NCBI GenBank assembly: GCA_965204755.1 | Contig: OZ242011.1 | Location: 2,176,001-2,240,000, forward strand | DNA length: 64,000 nt | Direction: 5' to 3' | Source: Candidatus Marinacidobacterium sp. | Lineage (GTDB): Bacteria; Acidobacteriota; Vicinamibacteria; Marinacidobacterales; Marinacidobacteraceae | Shown here: positions 9,907-19,023 of the stretch, piece by piece | How positions within the stretch are numbered: the first letter of the stretch is position 1 | Layout: every line of letters begins with the position of its first letter | The notes under the pieces: generated by a model | What the model was told of the DNA's origin: nothing | The model's input: only the letters and a program-made list of their open reading frames with translations | Databases searched by the model: none | Position numbers and translations under genes: made by a program

Positions 9907-11319
9907 TCAGAACGGGCCGAGCGGAATCGCGTGCGCCACGACCAGTCCGACCGTGGCGAAGCCGAGTACATACCAGAACAGGGGCAGGTAGAACCGCAGC
10001 CAGACCCGCAGGCTGACCCGCCCGATCACCAGGGTGGCGAGGAAGTAGCCCGAGGTGGGGAAGACGATGTTGGTGATGCCGTCGCCCCAGTGCGTGGCGA
10101 GCACCACCACTTGCCGGGTGACCCCGATCAGGTCGCCTACCGGGACCAGGATGGGCAGGGTCAGCAGGCTCTGCCCCGACCCCGAGGGCACGAGGAAGTT
10201 GAACGCGGACTGGGCGTAGAGGATCCCGACGGCGGTCAACTCCTCCGGGAGCGCGGCGACGAGGGCCGCGAGGTGGAAGACCACGGTGTCCAGGATGCTC
10301 GCCTCCACCATCACCACCGAGACGCCCCGGGCCAAGCCGCAGATCAGCGCGCCGACCAGCATGTCCCGGAACGCCGAGTTGAAGTCGTCGCAGATCCGGT
10401 TGGCGCCCCGGCCGGCGACGACCGACGCGACGACCGCGGTCAGGACGAACAGCCCGCTGATCCCCTCGAAGCCGAGCCGCAGGACGACGAAGGCGGCCAC
10501 CGACCCGAGGAAGAGGACGAGGGCGGCGACCGCGGCCCACGCCAGCCGGCGGGGCGCCGGCCGGGACTCGTCCGCCGCGTCCGGCCCGGCGGCCCGGCGG
10601 AGCGCGGCGTCTCCTTCCGGGTTCAGGGCGGTCTCCGGACGGGTGCGCACCCTCCGGGCATAGCGGAGCACGAAGACGGCGGCCATGGTCTGGACCGCCG
10701 CGAACGAGGCGGAGCGAAACCCCGCTCCGGAGAACATCGGCAGCCCGGCGAGGGCGTGCCCGATCCCGATGGTGGAAGGCGCGGTAACCCCGAACGCGTA
10801 GCCCAGCGAGGTCGGGACCAGGGCGACCGCGGTGGCGGTCACCGTGTCGTAGCCGAGCCGCAGCAGCAGCGGCAGGACGACCGGGAGGTAGGCGATCGCC
10901 AGTTCGGGAGTCCCCACCAGCGCGGCGACCGCGGAGAAAGCGGCCATGAGCACCGGGATGAGCAACTCCGACCGGCCCCCCAGCCGGCGGGTCAGCGCCC
11001 GGATGCCCAGGTCGAGGATCCCCGCCCGGTGGACCACCCCGACGGAACCGCCGACGAGGAGCACCAGGAAGACGATGCTCGAGGCCTCCCGCAGCCCCTT
11101 CGGGACGGCGGTGACCAGTTCGAGGAAGCCGGCCGGGGAGGACTCGACCACCCGGTACGAGCCGGGGATCACCACTTCCCGCCCGTCGGGGAGGACGGCG
11201 CGCTCGAACGAGCCCGCCGGGACGATCCAGGTGAGGCCCGCCGCCAGGACGATGAAGCCGAGCAGGATCAGGTAGATGTCCGGCCGGGCCGCGGCCCGGC
11301 GGGCGCCGCCGGCGGTCAG
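9907..11319 (-). CDS. YfcC/DcuC-like membrane transporter
   Basis: PDIYLIL...LTWIVPAG, FNFLVPSGSGQ, WGDGITN; no ATG/GTG/TTG upstream of TM1, so CTG 11319 is proposed as start. Confidence 0.85.
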   Translation of the reverse strand: MTAGGARRAAARPDIYLILLGFIVLAAGLTWIVPAGSFERAVLPDGREVVIPGSYRVVESSPAGFLELVTAVPKGLREASSIVFLVLLVGGSVGVVHRAGILDLGIRALTRRLGGRSELLIPVLMAAFSAVAALVGTPELAIAYLPVVLPLLLRLGYDTVTATAVALVPTSLGYAFGVTAPSTIGIGHALAGLPMFSGAGFRSASFAAVQTMAAVFVLRYARRVRTRPETALNPEGDAALRRAAGPDAADESRPAPRRLAWAAVAALVLFLGSVAAFVVLRLGFEGISGLFVLTAVVASVVAGRGANRICDDFNSAFRDMLVGALICGLARGVSVVMVEASILDTVVFHLAALVAALPEELTAVGILYAQSAFNFLVPSGSGQSLLTLPILVPVGDLIGVTRQVVVLATHWGDGITNIVFPTSGYFLATLVIGRVSLRVWLRFYLPLFWYVLGFATVGLVVAHAIPLGPF

Positions 11320-11455
11320 TTGGGGGTCCGTGTCCTTCGCTGTCGAGGATACCGGGGAGGGACGGCTCGGCGGTTCGCCGCCGGGGGCGGGGAAGCGCCG
11401 GGCCCGGAGACCGGATGAGACGCCGGAAACGGACGCGTCGCGCTAAACTCGAAGG

Positions 11456-11597
11456 GAAAGGGCTGTCGCCTCTACGGTCGCGCGGATGCGCTGAGGGGTG
11501 CCTGGAAACCCAAAAGGAAGGCGCCCGGCCTCGTGCCGGGCGACGGGTCTGAGCGATGCCCGTCGGCAGCCCCGCGGGACTACCAGGCGCAGTCCCA
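11456..11597 (+). ncRNA. Candidate structured RNA (unassigned)
   Basis: TAAACT at 11444, closing stem GGGCTGTCG/CGGCAGCCC, and several hairpins whose G-U pairs fall on the + strand. Confidence 0.3.
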
Positions 11598-11633
11598 CCG
11601 CCGCCTCCCGCGAGGACGGCCTGGAGCGCTCGG

Positions 11634-11681
11634 CCACAACCGGTTGTGGCCGACGGCCCTTGACACCACAAGATGTTGTGG
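11634..11681. promoter_or_regulatory. Tandem NrdR-box-like palindromes
   Basis: CCACAACCGGTTGTGG (11634) and CCACAAGATGTTGTGG (11666), starts 32 bp apart. Confidence 0.6.
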
Positions 11682-11690
11682 TGCGCGGCA

Positions 11691-11720
11691 TTGACCGGCT
11701 TCGCGCGCCGGTGCTAATCT
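11691..11720 (+). promoter_or_regulatory. Sigma70-type promoter for the yycJ-like/pur operon
   Basis: TTGACC-N18-TAATCT with an extended TG motif (TGCTAATCT). Confidence 0.6.
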
Positions 11721-11822
11721 CGCCGGCTTCGGGCGGCCGGGGCGGCGTCCGTTTCCCCGGCGGCCGGCGGTCCGAGAGCGGCGCCCGGGGCGGCTCTCCG
11801 GCGCCGGTTCCGCCCGATCCCG

Positions 11823-12716
11823 TTGTCCCCAGCCATCCACCTCCGCGCCCTCGGCTCCGGGAGTTCGGGCAACGCCGCGCTGGTCACCGGCGGCGGCTCG
11901 TCGCTGCTGGTGGAGGCCGGGTTCTCCTGCCGCGAACTGGAGCGCCGGCTGGCGCGCGCCGGCTGCGAGCCGGGGTCGCTGGACGCGGTGCTCGTCTCCC
12001 ACGAACACGGCGACCACTCCCGCGGCGCGTTCCGCTTCGCCGCGCGCCACGACCGGCCGCTGTTCGCCACCGACGGCACCTGGGAGCGCCTGCTCCGGTC
12101 GGCGGGGAACGGCGCTTCCGCGAACGGTGAGGGTCTGCCCCCGCCTCGGCGGGGCCGGCTCCGCGCCGGGCTGCCGGCCCCGGTCGGCGCGTTCACCGTC
12201 GTCCCCTTCGCCATCCCCCACGACGCCCGCGAGCCGGTCGGCTTCCGGCTGGAGGCGGGTCCGGAGGCGGTGGTCCTGGTCACCGACTTCGGCCACATCT
12301 CGCCGGAGATGGAGCGAGCCATCGAGGGCGCCTCCGTGCTGCTCATCGAGTCGAACTACGACGAGCGGATGCTCTACGACAGCCGCTACCCGTTCCCGCT
12401 CCGGGAGCGGATCGCCTCCCGTTTCGGCCACTGCTCGAACGGCGCGCTCGCGCTCTACCTGCGGCGGCGGCTGCCCCGTTCCGTTACGACCCTCCTCCTC
12501 GCCCACCTCTCGGAGAACACGAACACCCCGGCCCTGGCGCTCGCCGCCGCCGAGGACGCGCTCCGCGCCGCCGGCCGCCCGGAGGTGGAAGTGCGGGTGG
12601 CCGCCCGCCGAGACCTCTCCGACCCGGTGAGCACCCCGCTGCGCCCCGTGATGCCGCCGCTTCCCCCCCGTTACCCGCTCCCGGGCGGCGCGCCGTCGCT
12701 GTTCCCGGCCGGCTGA
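11823..12716 (+). CDS. MBL-fold metallo-hydrolase (YycJ/WalJ-like)
   Basis: LGSGSSGN, SHEHGDH, IPHDA, IESNYD, AHLSENTN. Confidence 0.88.
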   Translation: MSPAIHLRALGSGSSGNAALVTGGGSSLLVEAGFSCRELERRLARAGCEPGSLDAVLVSHEHGDHSRGAFRFAARHDRPLFATDGTWERLLRSAGNGASANGEGLPPPRRGRLRAGLPAPVGAFTVVPFAIPHDAREPVGFRLEAGPEAVVLVTDFGHISPEMERAIEGASVLLIESNYDERMLYDSRYPFPLRERIASRFGHCSNGALALYLRRRLPRSVTTLLLAHLSENTNTPALALAAAEDALRAAGRPEVEVRVAARRDLSDPVSTPLRPVMPPLPPRYPLPGGAPSLFPAG

Positions 12717-12720
12717 CCGG

Positions 12721-12766
12721 CAGCCCGTGGAGAAAGTCCGGGGAGCGCCCGTCAGCGCGGAGCGCC
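12721..12766 (+). repeat. Degenerate dispersed repeat, copy A (MITE-like)
   Basis: 46 bp matching 37933-37978 with 5 mismatches. Confidence 0.6.
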
Positions 12767-12783
12767 CTCCCTGCGGGCGGTAG

Positions 12784-14094
12784 ATGCTCACCGACCGGTA
12801 TGTCCGCCCCGAGATGGGGGCGCTCTGGACCGACGAGGCGCTGTTCTCCTCCTGGATGGAGGTCGAAGTGGCCGCCGCCGAGGCGATGGCGGCGGAGGGG
12901 ATCGTCCCGGAAACCGCCGCCGCCCGGATTCGGGAACGGGCCGGCTTCGACCTCGAGCGCATCCGGGAGATCGAGGCGGTCGTCCACCACGATGTCGTGG
13001 CCTTCACCCAGGCGATGGCGGAGCGGGTCGGCGAAGAGGGCCGCTACCTCCACTACGGGCTCACCAGTTCCGATGTGGTGGACACCGCGCTCGCGGTCCG
13101 GCTGACCCGGGCGGCGGACCTGGTGCTCCGGCGGGTGGAGGGCCTGCGCGAAGTCCTCCTCCGCCGCGCCGAAGAGCACCGGCGGACGGTGATGGTGGGG
13201 CGCACCCACGGCGTCCACGCCGAGCCCATGACCTTCGGCATGAAGATGCTCCTGTGGTGGGCGGAGATGGGCCGGAACCGGCGGCGGCTGCGCGCGGCCC
13301 GGAGCGCGGCGGCGGTCGGGAAACTGAGCGGCGCGGTGGGCACCTTCGCCCACCTGCCGCCGTCGGTGGAAGCCCGGGTGTGCGCGGCGCTGGGGCTGGC
13401 GCCGGCGCCGATCTCGACCCAGGTCGTCCAGCGCGACCGCCACGCCGAACTCGCCGCCGCGCTCGCCATCACCGCCGGCACGCTGGAGAAGATCGCCACC
13501 GAAGTCCGCAACCTCCAGCGCACCGAGATCCGGGAGGTCGAGGAGCCCTTCGGGCGGGGCCAGAAGGGCTCTTCGGCGATGCCCCACAAGCGGAACCCGG
13601 TGGGCTGCGAGCAGGTCTGCGGCCTCGCCCGGGTGATCCGCGCCAATGTGGTTCCGGCGATCGAGAACATCGCGCTGTGGAACGAGCGGGACATCTCGCA
13701 TTCGTCGGCGGAGCGGATGACGATCCCGCAGAGTTTCCTGCTGCTCGACCACATCCTGCTGCGGACGACCGCGATCGTAGACGGGCTGCTGGTGTATCCC
13801 GAAGCGATGCGCGCGAACCTGGAGCGCATGAACGGGCTGGTGTTCAGCGGCGGCGCGCTGCTCGAACTGGCCGCCCGGGGGGTGTCCCGGGAGGAGGCCT
13901 ACCGGATGGTGCAGTCCTGCGCGATGCGGGTCTGGGAGCGGGGGACGCCGCTGCGGGAGGAGATGGGGCGGCGCGCGGGGATCACCGCGGTGCTCGGCGA
14001 GGCGGAACTGGACGCGGTCTTCGACCTCGACACCCATCTCCGCCGGGTGGACGAGGTGTACGAGCGCGTCCTCGGGGAGGAGGAGTCCCCGTGA
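12784..14094 (+). CDS. purB: Adenylosuccinate lyase
   Basis: HYGLTSSD, GRTHG, GSSAMPHKRNP. Confidence 0.97.
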   Translation: MLTDRYVRPEMGALWTDEALFSSWMEVEVAAAEAMAAEGIVPETAAARIRERAGFDLERIREIEAVVHHDVVAFTQAMAERVGEEGRYLHYGLTSSDVVDTALAVRLTRAADLVLRRVEGLREVLLRRAEEHRRTVMVGRTHGVHAEPMTFGMKMLLWWAEMGRNRRRLRAARSAAAVGKLSGAVGTFAHLPPSVEARVCAALGLAPAPISTQVVQRDRHAELAAALAITAGTLEKIATEVRNLQRTEIREVEEPFGRGQKGSSAMPHKRNPVGCEQVCGLARVIRANVVPAIENIALWNERDISHSSAERMTIPQSFLLLDHILLRTTAIVDGLLVYPEAMRANLERMNGLVFSGGALLELAARGVSREEAYRMVQSCAMRVWERGTPLREEMGRRAGITAVLGEAELDAVFDLDTHLRRVDEVYERVLGEEESP

Positions 14095-14360
14095 AGTACC
14101 GGGTCCGGGTGGAAGTGCGGCTCCGGCCCTCGATCTACGACCCGCAGGGCGAAGCGATCCGCCGGGCGCTGGCCGCCGGCGGCGCCTCCGGGGTGACTTC
14201 GGTGCGGCAGGGGAAACTCTTCGAACTCGAACTCGAGGCCGACTCCGCCGCCGCCGCCGAAGAGCAGGCCGCCGACCTCGCCCGCCGGGTCCTCGCCAAC
14301 CCGGTGCTCGAGGACTGCGCGGTTTCGTCGCCTACGATGCATCAGGTCCCCACCGCCTGA
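14091..14360 (+). CDS. purS: FGAM synthase subunit PurS
   Basis: DPQG, VRQGK, LANPVLE; GTG overlaps the purB stop. Confidence 0.93.
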   Translation: MKYRVRVEVRLRPSIYDPQGEAIRRALAAGGASGVTSVRQGKLFELELEADSAAAAEEQAADLARRVLANPVLEDCAVSSPTMHQVPTA

Positions 14361-14441
14361 CCGGTCGATTCTCCCCGGTGATCGCCGTTCCTGCCAAGAG
14401 GTTCCTTCATGCCTCGAAGGACGAGGTTGGCGGGGGGACTC
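14343..14441 (+). ncRNA. Candidate novel structured small RNA, copy 1
   Basis: Three blocks identical to copy 2, paired 5'/3' ends, two variable loops, TACGAT -10 box at 14333. Confidence 0.65.
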
Positions 14442-14528
14442 GCGGAGCGATTCCCGCCGCCGGCCCCCGGGCAGCGGCCCGCGGGGAACCGACGGGCGGG
14501 GGCCCTTCCGCGGGCGGGTACGATGCGG

Positions 14529-14635
14529 CAGGTCCCCACCGCCTGACCGGTTTGGATTTTTGCCGGTGATCGCCGTTCCTGCAGTGAGGTTTTCTTCCTA
14601 CTTGGTCTCCAAGGACGAGGTTGGCGGGGGGACTC
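14529..14635 (+). ncRNA. Candidate novel structured small RNA, copy 2
   Basis: Same scaffold as copy 1; TACGAT at 14519; inner stem preserved by G-U pairs. Confidence 0.65.
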
Positions 14636-14699
14636 CTTCGCGCTTCGCCGGCCGGCGCCGCTCTCGCCGGGCGCCGCGCCGCCGGCTCGCCGGCAACCG

Positions 14700-15410
14700 A
14701 TGAAGCCGCGCCGGATCGCGGTCCCGGTGTTCCCGGGCACCAACTGCGAGGAGGATGTGCTCCACGCGCTGCGGACCGTGACGCCCCACCGGGCGGAACT
14801 CGTCTGGCACCGGGAGGGCTCGCTCGCCGGGTTCGACGCCGCGGTCGTGCCCGGCGGTTTCGCCCACGGCGACTACCTGCGCGCCGGCGGGCTGGCCCGG
14901 TTCTCCCCGGTGACGGCCGCGCTCTCGGAGATGGCCGGGGCCGGGAGGCCGGTGCTGGGCATCTGCAACGGGTTCCAGATCCTCCAGGAGGCGGGGCTCC
15001 TGCCGGGAGCGATGCTGAAGAACCGCTCGCTCACCTATGTCTGCCGGGAGGTGTTCGTCCGGGTCGAGACGAGGGAGACCCCGCTGACCGCCGCCCTCGA
15101 AGTCGGCGAAGTGCTGCGGCTGCCGATCGGGCACGCCGAAGGGAACTTCCACCTGGACGACCGCGGGATCGCCGAACTCGAGGCCGAAGGACAAGTGGTG
15201 TTCCGCTACTGCCGGTCGGACGGGGCGCCCGACGAAGCGGCGGCGGAAGTGAATCCCAACGGCTCCCGGAACGCCGTCGCCGGCGTCCGGAACCGGGCCG
15301 GGAATGTGGCGGCGCTGATGCCCCACCCGGACCGGGCCTACGAAGCGGCGCTCGGCGGCGAGGACGGCGTCCGGGTGTTCGCCGGCCTGACCCGGTGGCT
15401 GGAGTCCTGA
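14700..15410 (+). CDS. purQ: FGAM synthase glutaminase subunit
   Basis: [35 protein letters not shown]. Confidence 0.96.
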   Translation: MKPRRIAVPVFPGTNCEEDVLHALRTVTPHRAELVWHREGSLAGFDAAVVPGGFAHGDYLRAGGLARFSPVTAALSEMAGAGRPVLGICNGFQILQEAGLLPGAMLKNRSLTYVCREVFVRVETRETPLTAALEVGEVLRLPIGHAEGNFHLDDRGIAELEAEGQVVFRYCRSDGAPDEAAAEVNPNGSRNAVAGVRNRAGNVAALMPHPDRAYEAALGGEDGVRVFAGLTRWLES

Positions 15411-17776
15411 TGGCGCCGGCGGCGGGCCGAGCCGGGCCACCGGCGGAAGGATCTGCCGGGCCACCGGCGAAAGGTCCAGCCGGGCCACCGGCGAACGGCG
15501 CTGTCGAGCGGCCCGTCGGGCCGGGCCAGGGGTTGGCCGATGCGCTCGCGGCGGGTCTCACCGAGTCCGATTTCCGGGAGATCGAGGCCCGCCTCGGGCG
15601 CGCGCCGAACGCCGCCGAACTCGGCATGTTCTCCGCCATGTGGTCGGAGCACTGCTCCTACCGGTCCTCCCGAAGGCATTTGGCGCGCTTCCCCACCGAG
15701 TCGCCCCGGGTCCTCGAAGGGCCGGGCGAGAACGCCGGCGCCGTCGAGATCGGCGACGGGCTGGCCGCGGTGTTCAAGGTGGAGTCGCACAACCATCCCA
15801 CCTTCATCGAGCCGTACCAGGGCGCGGCCACCGGCGTCGGCGGCATCCTGCGGGACATCTTCACCATGGGCGCCCGCCCGGTGGCGCTGATGAACTCGCT
15901 GCGCTTCGGCCCGCTCGCCGACCGGAACAACCGCCGGCTGTTCGCCGGGGCGGTCGCCGGCATCGCCAACTACGGGAACAGCATGGGCATCCCCACCGTG
16001 GGAGGGGAAGTGGGGTTCGAGGACTGCTACTCGCTGAACCCGCTGGTGAACGCCTTCGCGCTCGGTCTCGCGCCGGCGGACCGGTTGTTCCGCGCCCGGG
16101 CGGAGTCGCCGGGGCATCCGGTGTACTGCGTCGGCGCGAAGACCGGCCGCGACGGCATCCAGGGCGCGGCGATGGCTTCCGCGGCGTTCGACGACGAAGC
16201 GGAGGCCAAGCGCCCCACGGTGCAGGTCGGCGACCCGTTCCTGGAGAAACTCCTGTTGGAGGCCTGCCTCGAACTCATGCGGGGCGACGCGCTGGTCGCC
16301 GTCCAGGACATGGGCGCCGCCGGGCTGACCTGTTCCACCGCCGAAGTCGCCGCGCGGGGCGGGTGCGGCGTCCGGGTGGACCTCGACCGGGCGCCGCAGC
16401 GCGAAGCGGGGATGTCCGCCTACGAAATCCTCCTCTCGGAGTCGCAGGAGCGGATGCTGTTGGTGGTGCGGCGGGGGCGGGAGGGCGAGGTGGAGCGGGT
16501 CTTCGCCAAGTGGGACCTGGACGCGGCGGCGCTCGGCGAGATCACCGACGACGGACTGCTCCGGGTGACCCACCGGGGCCAGCCGGCGGCGCTCGCGCCC
16601 TGCCGGGCGCTGACCGAGGACGCTCCGCTGGAAGACCGGCCGATGGCCGCGCCGTCTTCGTGGCCCCCGGCGGAGGTGACCGCCGCCGACCTCGACGAGC
16701 CGCGCGACTGGAACGAGGCGGCCCTGCGGCTGGCGGCTTCCCCCGGGCTCGCCAGCCGGCGGTGGGTGTACGAGCAGTACGACCACATGGTGCGGAGCGA
16801 CACCGTGGCCCGCCCCGGCGCGGACGCCGGCGTGATCCGCATCAAGGGCTCGCGGCTGGGTGTAGCCATGTCGCTCGACGGCAACGGCCGCTACGCCGGC
16901 GCCGACCCCCGCCGGGGCGGGGCGCTGGCGGTGTCCGAGGCCTGCCGCAACCTGGCGGCGGTGGGGGCGGAACCCGTGGGGGCGACCAACTGCCTCAACT
17001 TCGGCAACCCGGAGAAGCCGGAGGTGATGTGGCAGTTCTCCGAGGCCATAGACGGCATGGGCGAGGCGCTGCGGGCGCTCGGCGCGCCCATCACCGGCGG
17101 CAATGTCAGTTTCTACAACGAGACCGACGACGCCGGAATCCTGCCGACCCCGGTCGTGGGCGTGGTGGGGGTGCTGCCCGATGTCCGGGCGTTGGTGCGC
17201 CAGCACTTCCGGGGACCGGGCGACGCGGCGTACCTGGCCGGAGGAGCGTCCGCCGGCGCTTCTTCCGGCGGCGCGTCGCCGACCGTCGCGCTCGGCGCGA
17301 GCGAGTACCTGAAGGTCATCCACGGCCGGACGGACGGTCGCCCCCCGGCCCCGGCGCTCGAGGCGGAGGCGCGCCTGGGCGCGTTCCTGCGCGCGGCCGC
17401 CGCCGCGGGGATCACCCGCTCGGCCAAGGACCTCTCCGAGGGCGGCCTGTTCCAGGCGGCGGTCGAGTCGGTCTTCGCCCCCGACGGTGCCCGCTGCGGC
17501 GCGTCCCTCTCGCTGGAAACCCCCGACCGGATCGAGGGCCCCCTCTTCGGCGAAGCCCCGGCCCGCGCGCTCGTCACGGCGGGGGTCGAGGACACGGCGG
17601 CCCTGGAGTCTCTGGCCGAGGAGCACGGAACCCCGCTGACCCGCCTCGGGACCACCGGGGGCGATGCGCTAAACGTCCGGGCGAACGGCGCCGCCGTGAT
17701 CCATCTGCCCACGCCCGACCTCTGGGACGCCTTCGGCATGGGCCTGGAACGCGAGATGTCGGGGACGGCGCCGTGA
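15410..17776 (+). CDS. purL: FGAM synthase synthetase subunit (small PurL)
   Basis: [39 protein letters not shown]; ATG overlaps the purQ stop. Confidence 0.97.
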   Translation: MAPAAGRAGPPAEGSAGPPAKGPAGPPANGAVERPVGPGQGLADALAAGLTESDFREIEARLGRAPNAAELGMFSAMWSEHCSYRSSRRHLARFPTESPRVLEGPGENAGAVEIGDGLAAVFKVESHNHPTFIEPYQGAATGVGGILRDIFTMGARPVALMNSLRFGPLADRNNRRLFAGAVAGIANYGNSMGIPTVGGEVGFEDCYSLNPLVNAFALGLAPADRLFRARAESPGHPVYCVGAKTGRDGIQGAAMASAAFDDEAEAKRPTVQVGDPFLEKLLLEACLELMRGDALVAVQDMGAAGLTCSTAEVAARGGCGVRVDLDRAPQREAGMSAYEILLSESQERMLLVVRRGREGEVERVFAKWDLDAAALGEITDDGLLRVTHRGQPAALAPCRALTEDAPLEDRPMAAPSSWPPAEVTAADLDEPRDWNEAALRLAASPGLASRRWVYEQYDHMVRSDTVARPGADAGVIRIKGSRLGVAMSLDGNGRYAGADPRRGGALAVSEACRNLAAVGAEPVGATNCLNFGNPEKPEVMWQFSEAIDGMGEALRALGAPITGGNVSFYNETDDAGILPTPVVGVVGVLPDVRALVRQHFRGPGDAAYLAGGASAGASSGGASPTVALGASEYLKVIHGRTDGRPPAPALEAEARLGAFLRAAAAAGITRSAKDLSEGGLFQAAVESVFAPDGARCGASLSLETPDRIEGPLFGEAPARALVTAGVEDTAALESLAEEHGTPLTRLGTTGGDALNVRANGAAVIHLPTPDLWDAFGMGLEREMSGTAP
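15431..15502 (+). repeat. 24-bp in-frame tandem repeat x3 in the purL N-terminus
   Basis: [24 protein letters not shown]. Confidence 0.85.
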
Positions 17777-17859
17777 CGGGCGCGGGTCGCCGCGCCGCCG
17801 GGGGTGTCAGGTTTTGGCGTTTCCCTGCGCGAAATTCCCCTCCGGTCTCCGAAGCCTCC

Positions 17860-19023
17860 ATGGACCCGGCCGTTGTCCGCACCGAACGTGCGTCGTCTTC
17901 CCCGCGTCGTCGCCCATCCTCCGCGCGACTCGATCGGCTGGCGGCTTCGGCGGCGTCAACGGCGCGTTCGACCGCGGTAGGCGCACTCCCGCCGCGCCGA
18001 GTTCATCCCGGTGCGGCAGCCGCGCCGGTCCTGCTTCCCGGAAGGCGGACGCGTCCGTCGGTTCGCCGCTCCGGCGGCGCCTCGCCTCGCCGCGCGCGGC
18101 CGTGGGTGCTGCCCGAGGACTGCCGGGATGCCCTCCCCGAACTTGCGGAGAACAGCGTCGCTCTGGTCTTGACCGATCCTCCCTACTTCACGGACCGAAT
18201 GGGCGCGGAATGGGACCTGCGCGCCCTCCGGTCGCGGGTGAAGAACGGGGTCGTCGGCGGCCTGCCGGTCGGTATGAAATTCGATCCGAAACAGGGCCGC
18301 GACCTCTACGAGTTCCTGCGGCCGATCGCGGAGGAGTGGCGGCGGGTCCTCAAGCCGGGCGGTTTCGCCCTCTGCTTCTCCCATCCCCGGCTCGCCCACC
18401 GCACGACCTCGGCGATAGAGGACGCCGGTTTCGAAATTCGGGACCTGCTCGCCTGGAAGCACGAGGGGCAGGCCAAGGCGTTCACGCAAGAGCACTTCGT
18501 TCGCCGCCGCGACCTCTCCGACCGAGAGAAGGCGCGCATCATCCGCTCGCTCGGCGGCCGCAAGACCCCGCAACTCAAGCCGCAGATAGAGATGATCGTC
18601 CTGGCGCAGGCGCCGCGCGCAGGGACTTTCGTGGACAACTGGATGGAGTACCGCGCCGGGCTGATCGATGTCTCCCGCCCGCTCCTCGATCCCGGACGCT
18701 TCCCCGGAACCCTGATCCCCTGCCCCAAACCCAAGGAGCGGTTCGGGCACATGACGGCCAAACCCGTCGCCTTGCTCCGCCACCTCATCCGCATCTTCTC
18801 CGCCCCGGGAACGAACTCGGTCGTCCTCGACCCCTTCGCCGGCTCCGGTTCGACCGGAGTGGCCGCCCGCCTGGAGAAACGCGGCTTCCTCGGCTTCGAG
18901 ATCGACGCGGCCATGGCGAAGACCGCGACAGAGCGGCTTGCGAAGGAAGCCGACGCGCGTCCACCGCGGCTTCGGGCTACGAGATCGCGAACTCCGCGGA
19001 TGAGGAGCCGTAGGCGTCCGTGA
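17860..19023 (+). CDS. Orphan beta-class N6A/N4C DNA methyltransferase
   Basis: TDPPY precedes KP...LDPFAGSGST; start uncertain (GTG 17773 or ATG 17860). Confidence 0.88.
   Translation: MDPAVVRTERASSSPRRRPSSARLDRLAASAASTARSTAVGALPPRRVHPGAAAAPVLLPGRRTRPSVRRSGGASPRRARPWVLPEDCRDALPELAENSVALVLTDPPYFTDRMGAEWDLRALRSRVKNGVVGGLPVGMKFDPKQGRDLYEFLRPIAEEWRRVLKPGGFALCFSHPRLAHRTTSAIEDAGFEIRDLLAWKHEGQAKAFTQEHFVRRRDLSDREKARIIRSLGGRKTPQLKPQIEMIVLAQAPRAGTFVDNWMEYRAGLIDVSRPLLDPGRFPGTLIPCPKPKERFGHMTAKPVALLRHLIRIFSAPGTNSVVLDPFAGSGSTGVAARLEKRGFLGFEIDAAMAKTATERLAKEADARPPRLRATRSRTPRMRSRRRP

Noticed and set aside
11440-11600. ZTP, xanthine (NMT1), PRPP or c-di-GMP riboswitch
   Set aside because: Only short fragments resemble the consensuses; the paired conserved elements are missing on both strands
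12728-12745. GAAAGTCC as an RNase P RNA 5' motif
   Set aside because: The intergenic space is far too short and the other conserved RNase P regions are absent
14378-14569. 63-aa ORF and M-x-QVPTA mini-ORFs within the tandem element
   Set aside because: The conserved blocks show no synonymous variation and changes preserve base pairing, which fits RNA-level rather than protein-level constraint (not fully excluded)
14333-14635. Tandem element read as a CRISPR array, glmS ribozyme, tRNA-Sec, SRP RNA or glycine riboswitch
   Set aside because: Only two long units and no cas genes; GACGAGG resembles glmS but the rest of the core is absent; no T-loop, no SRP GGAA domain and no glycine aptamer core
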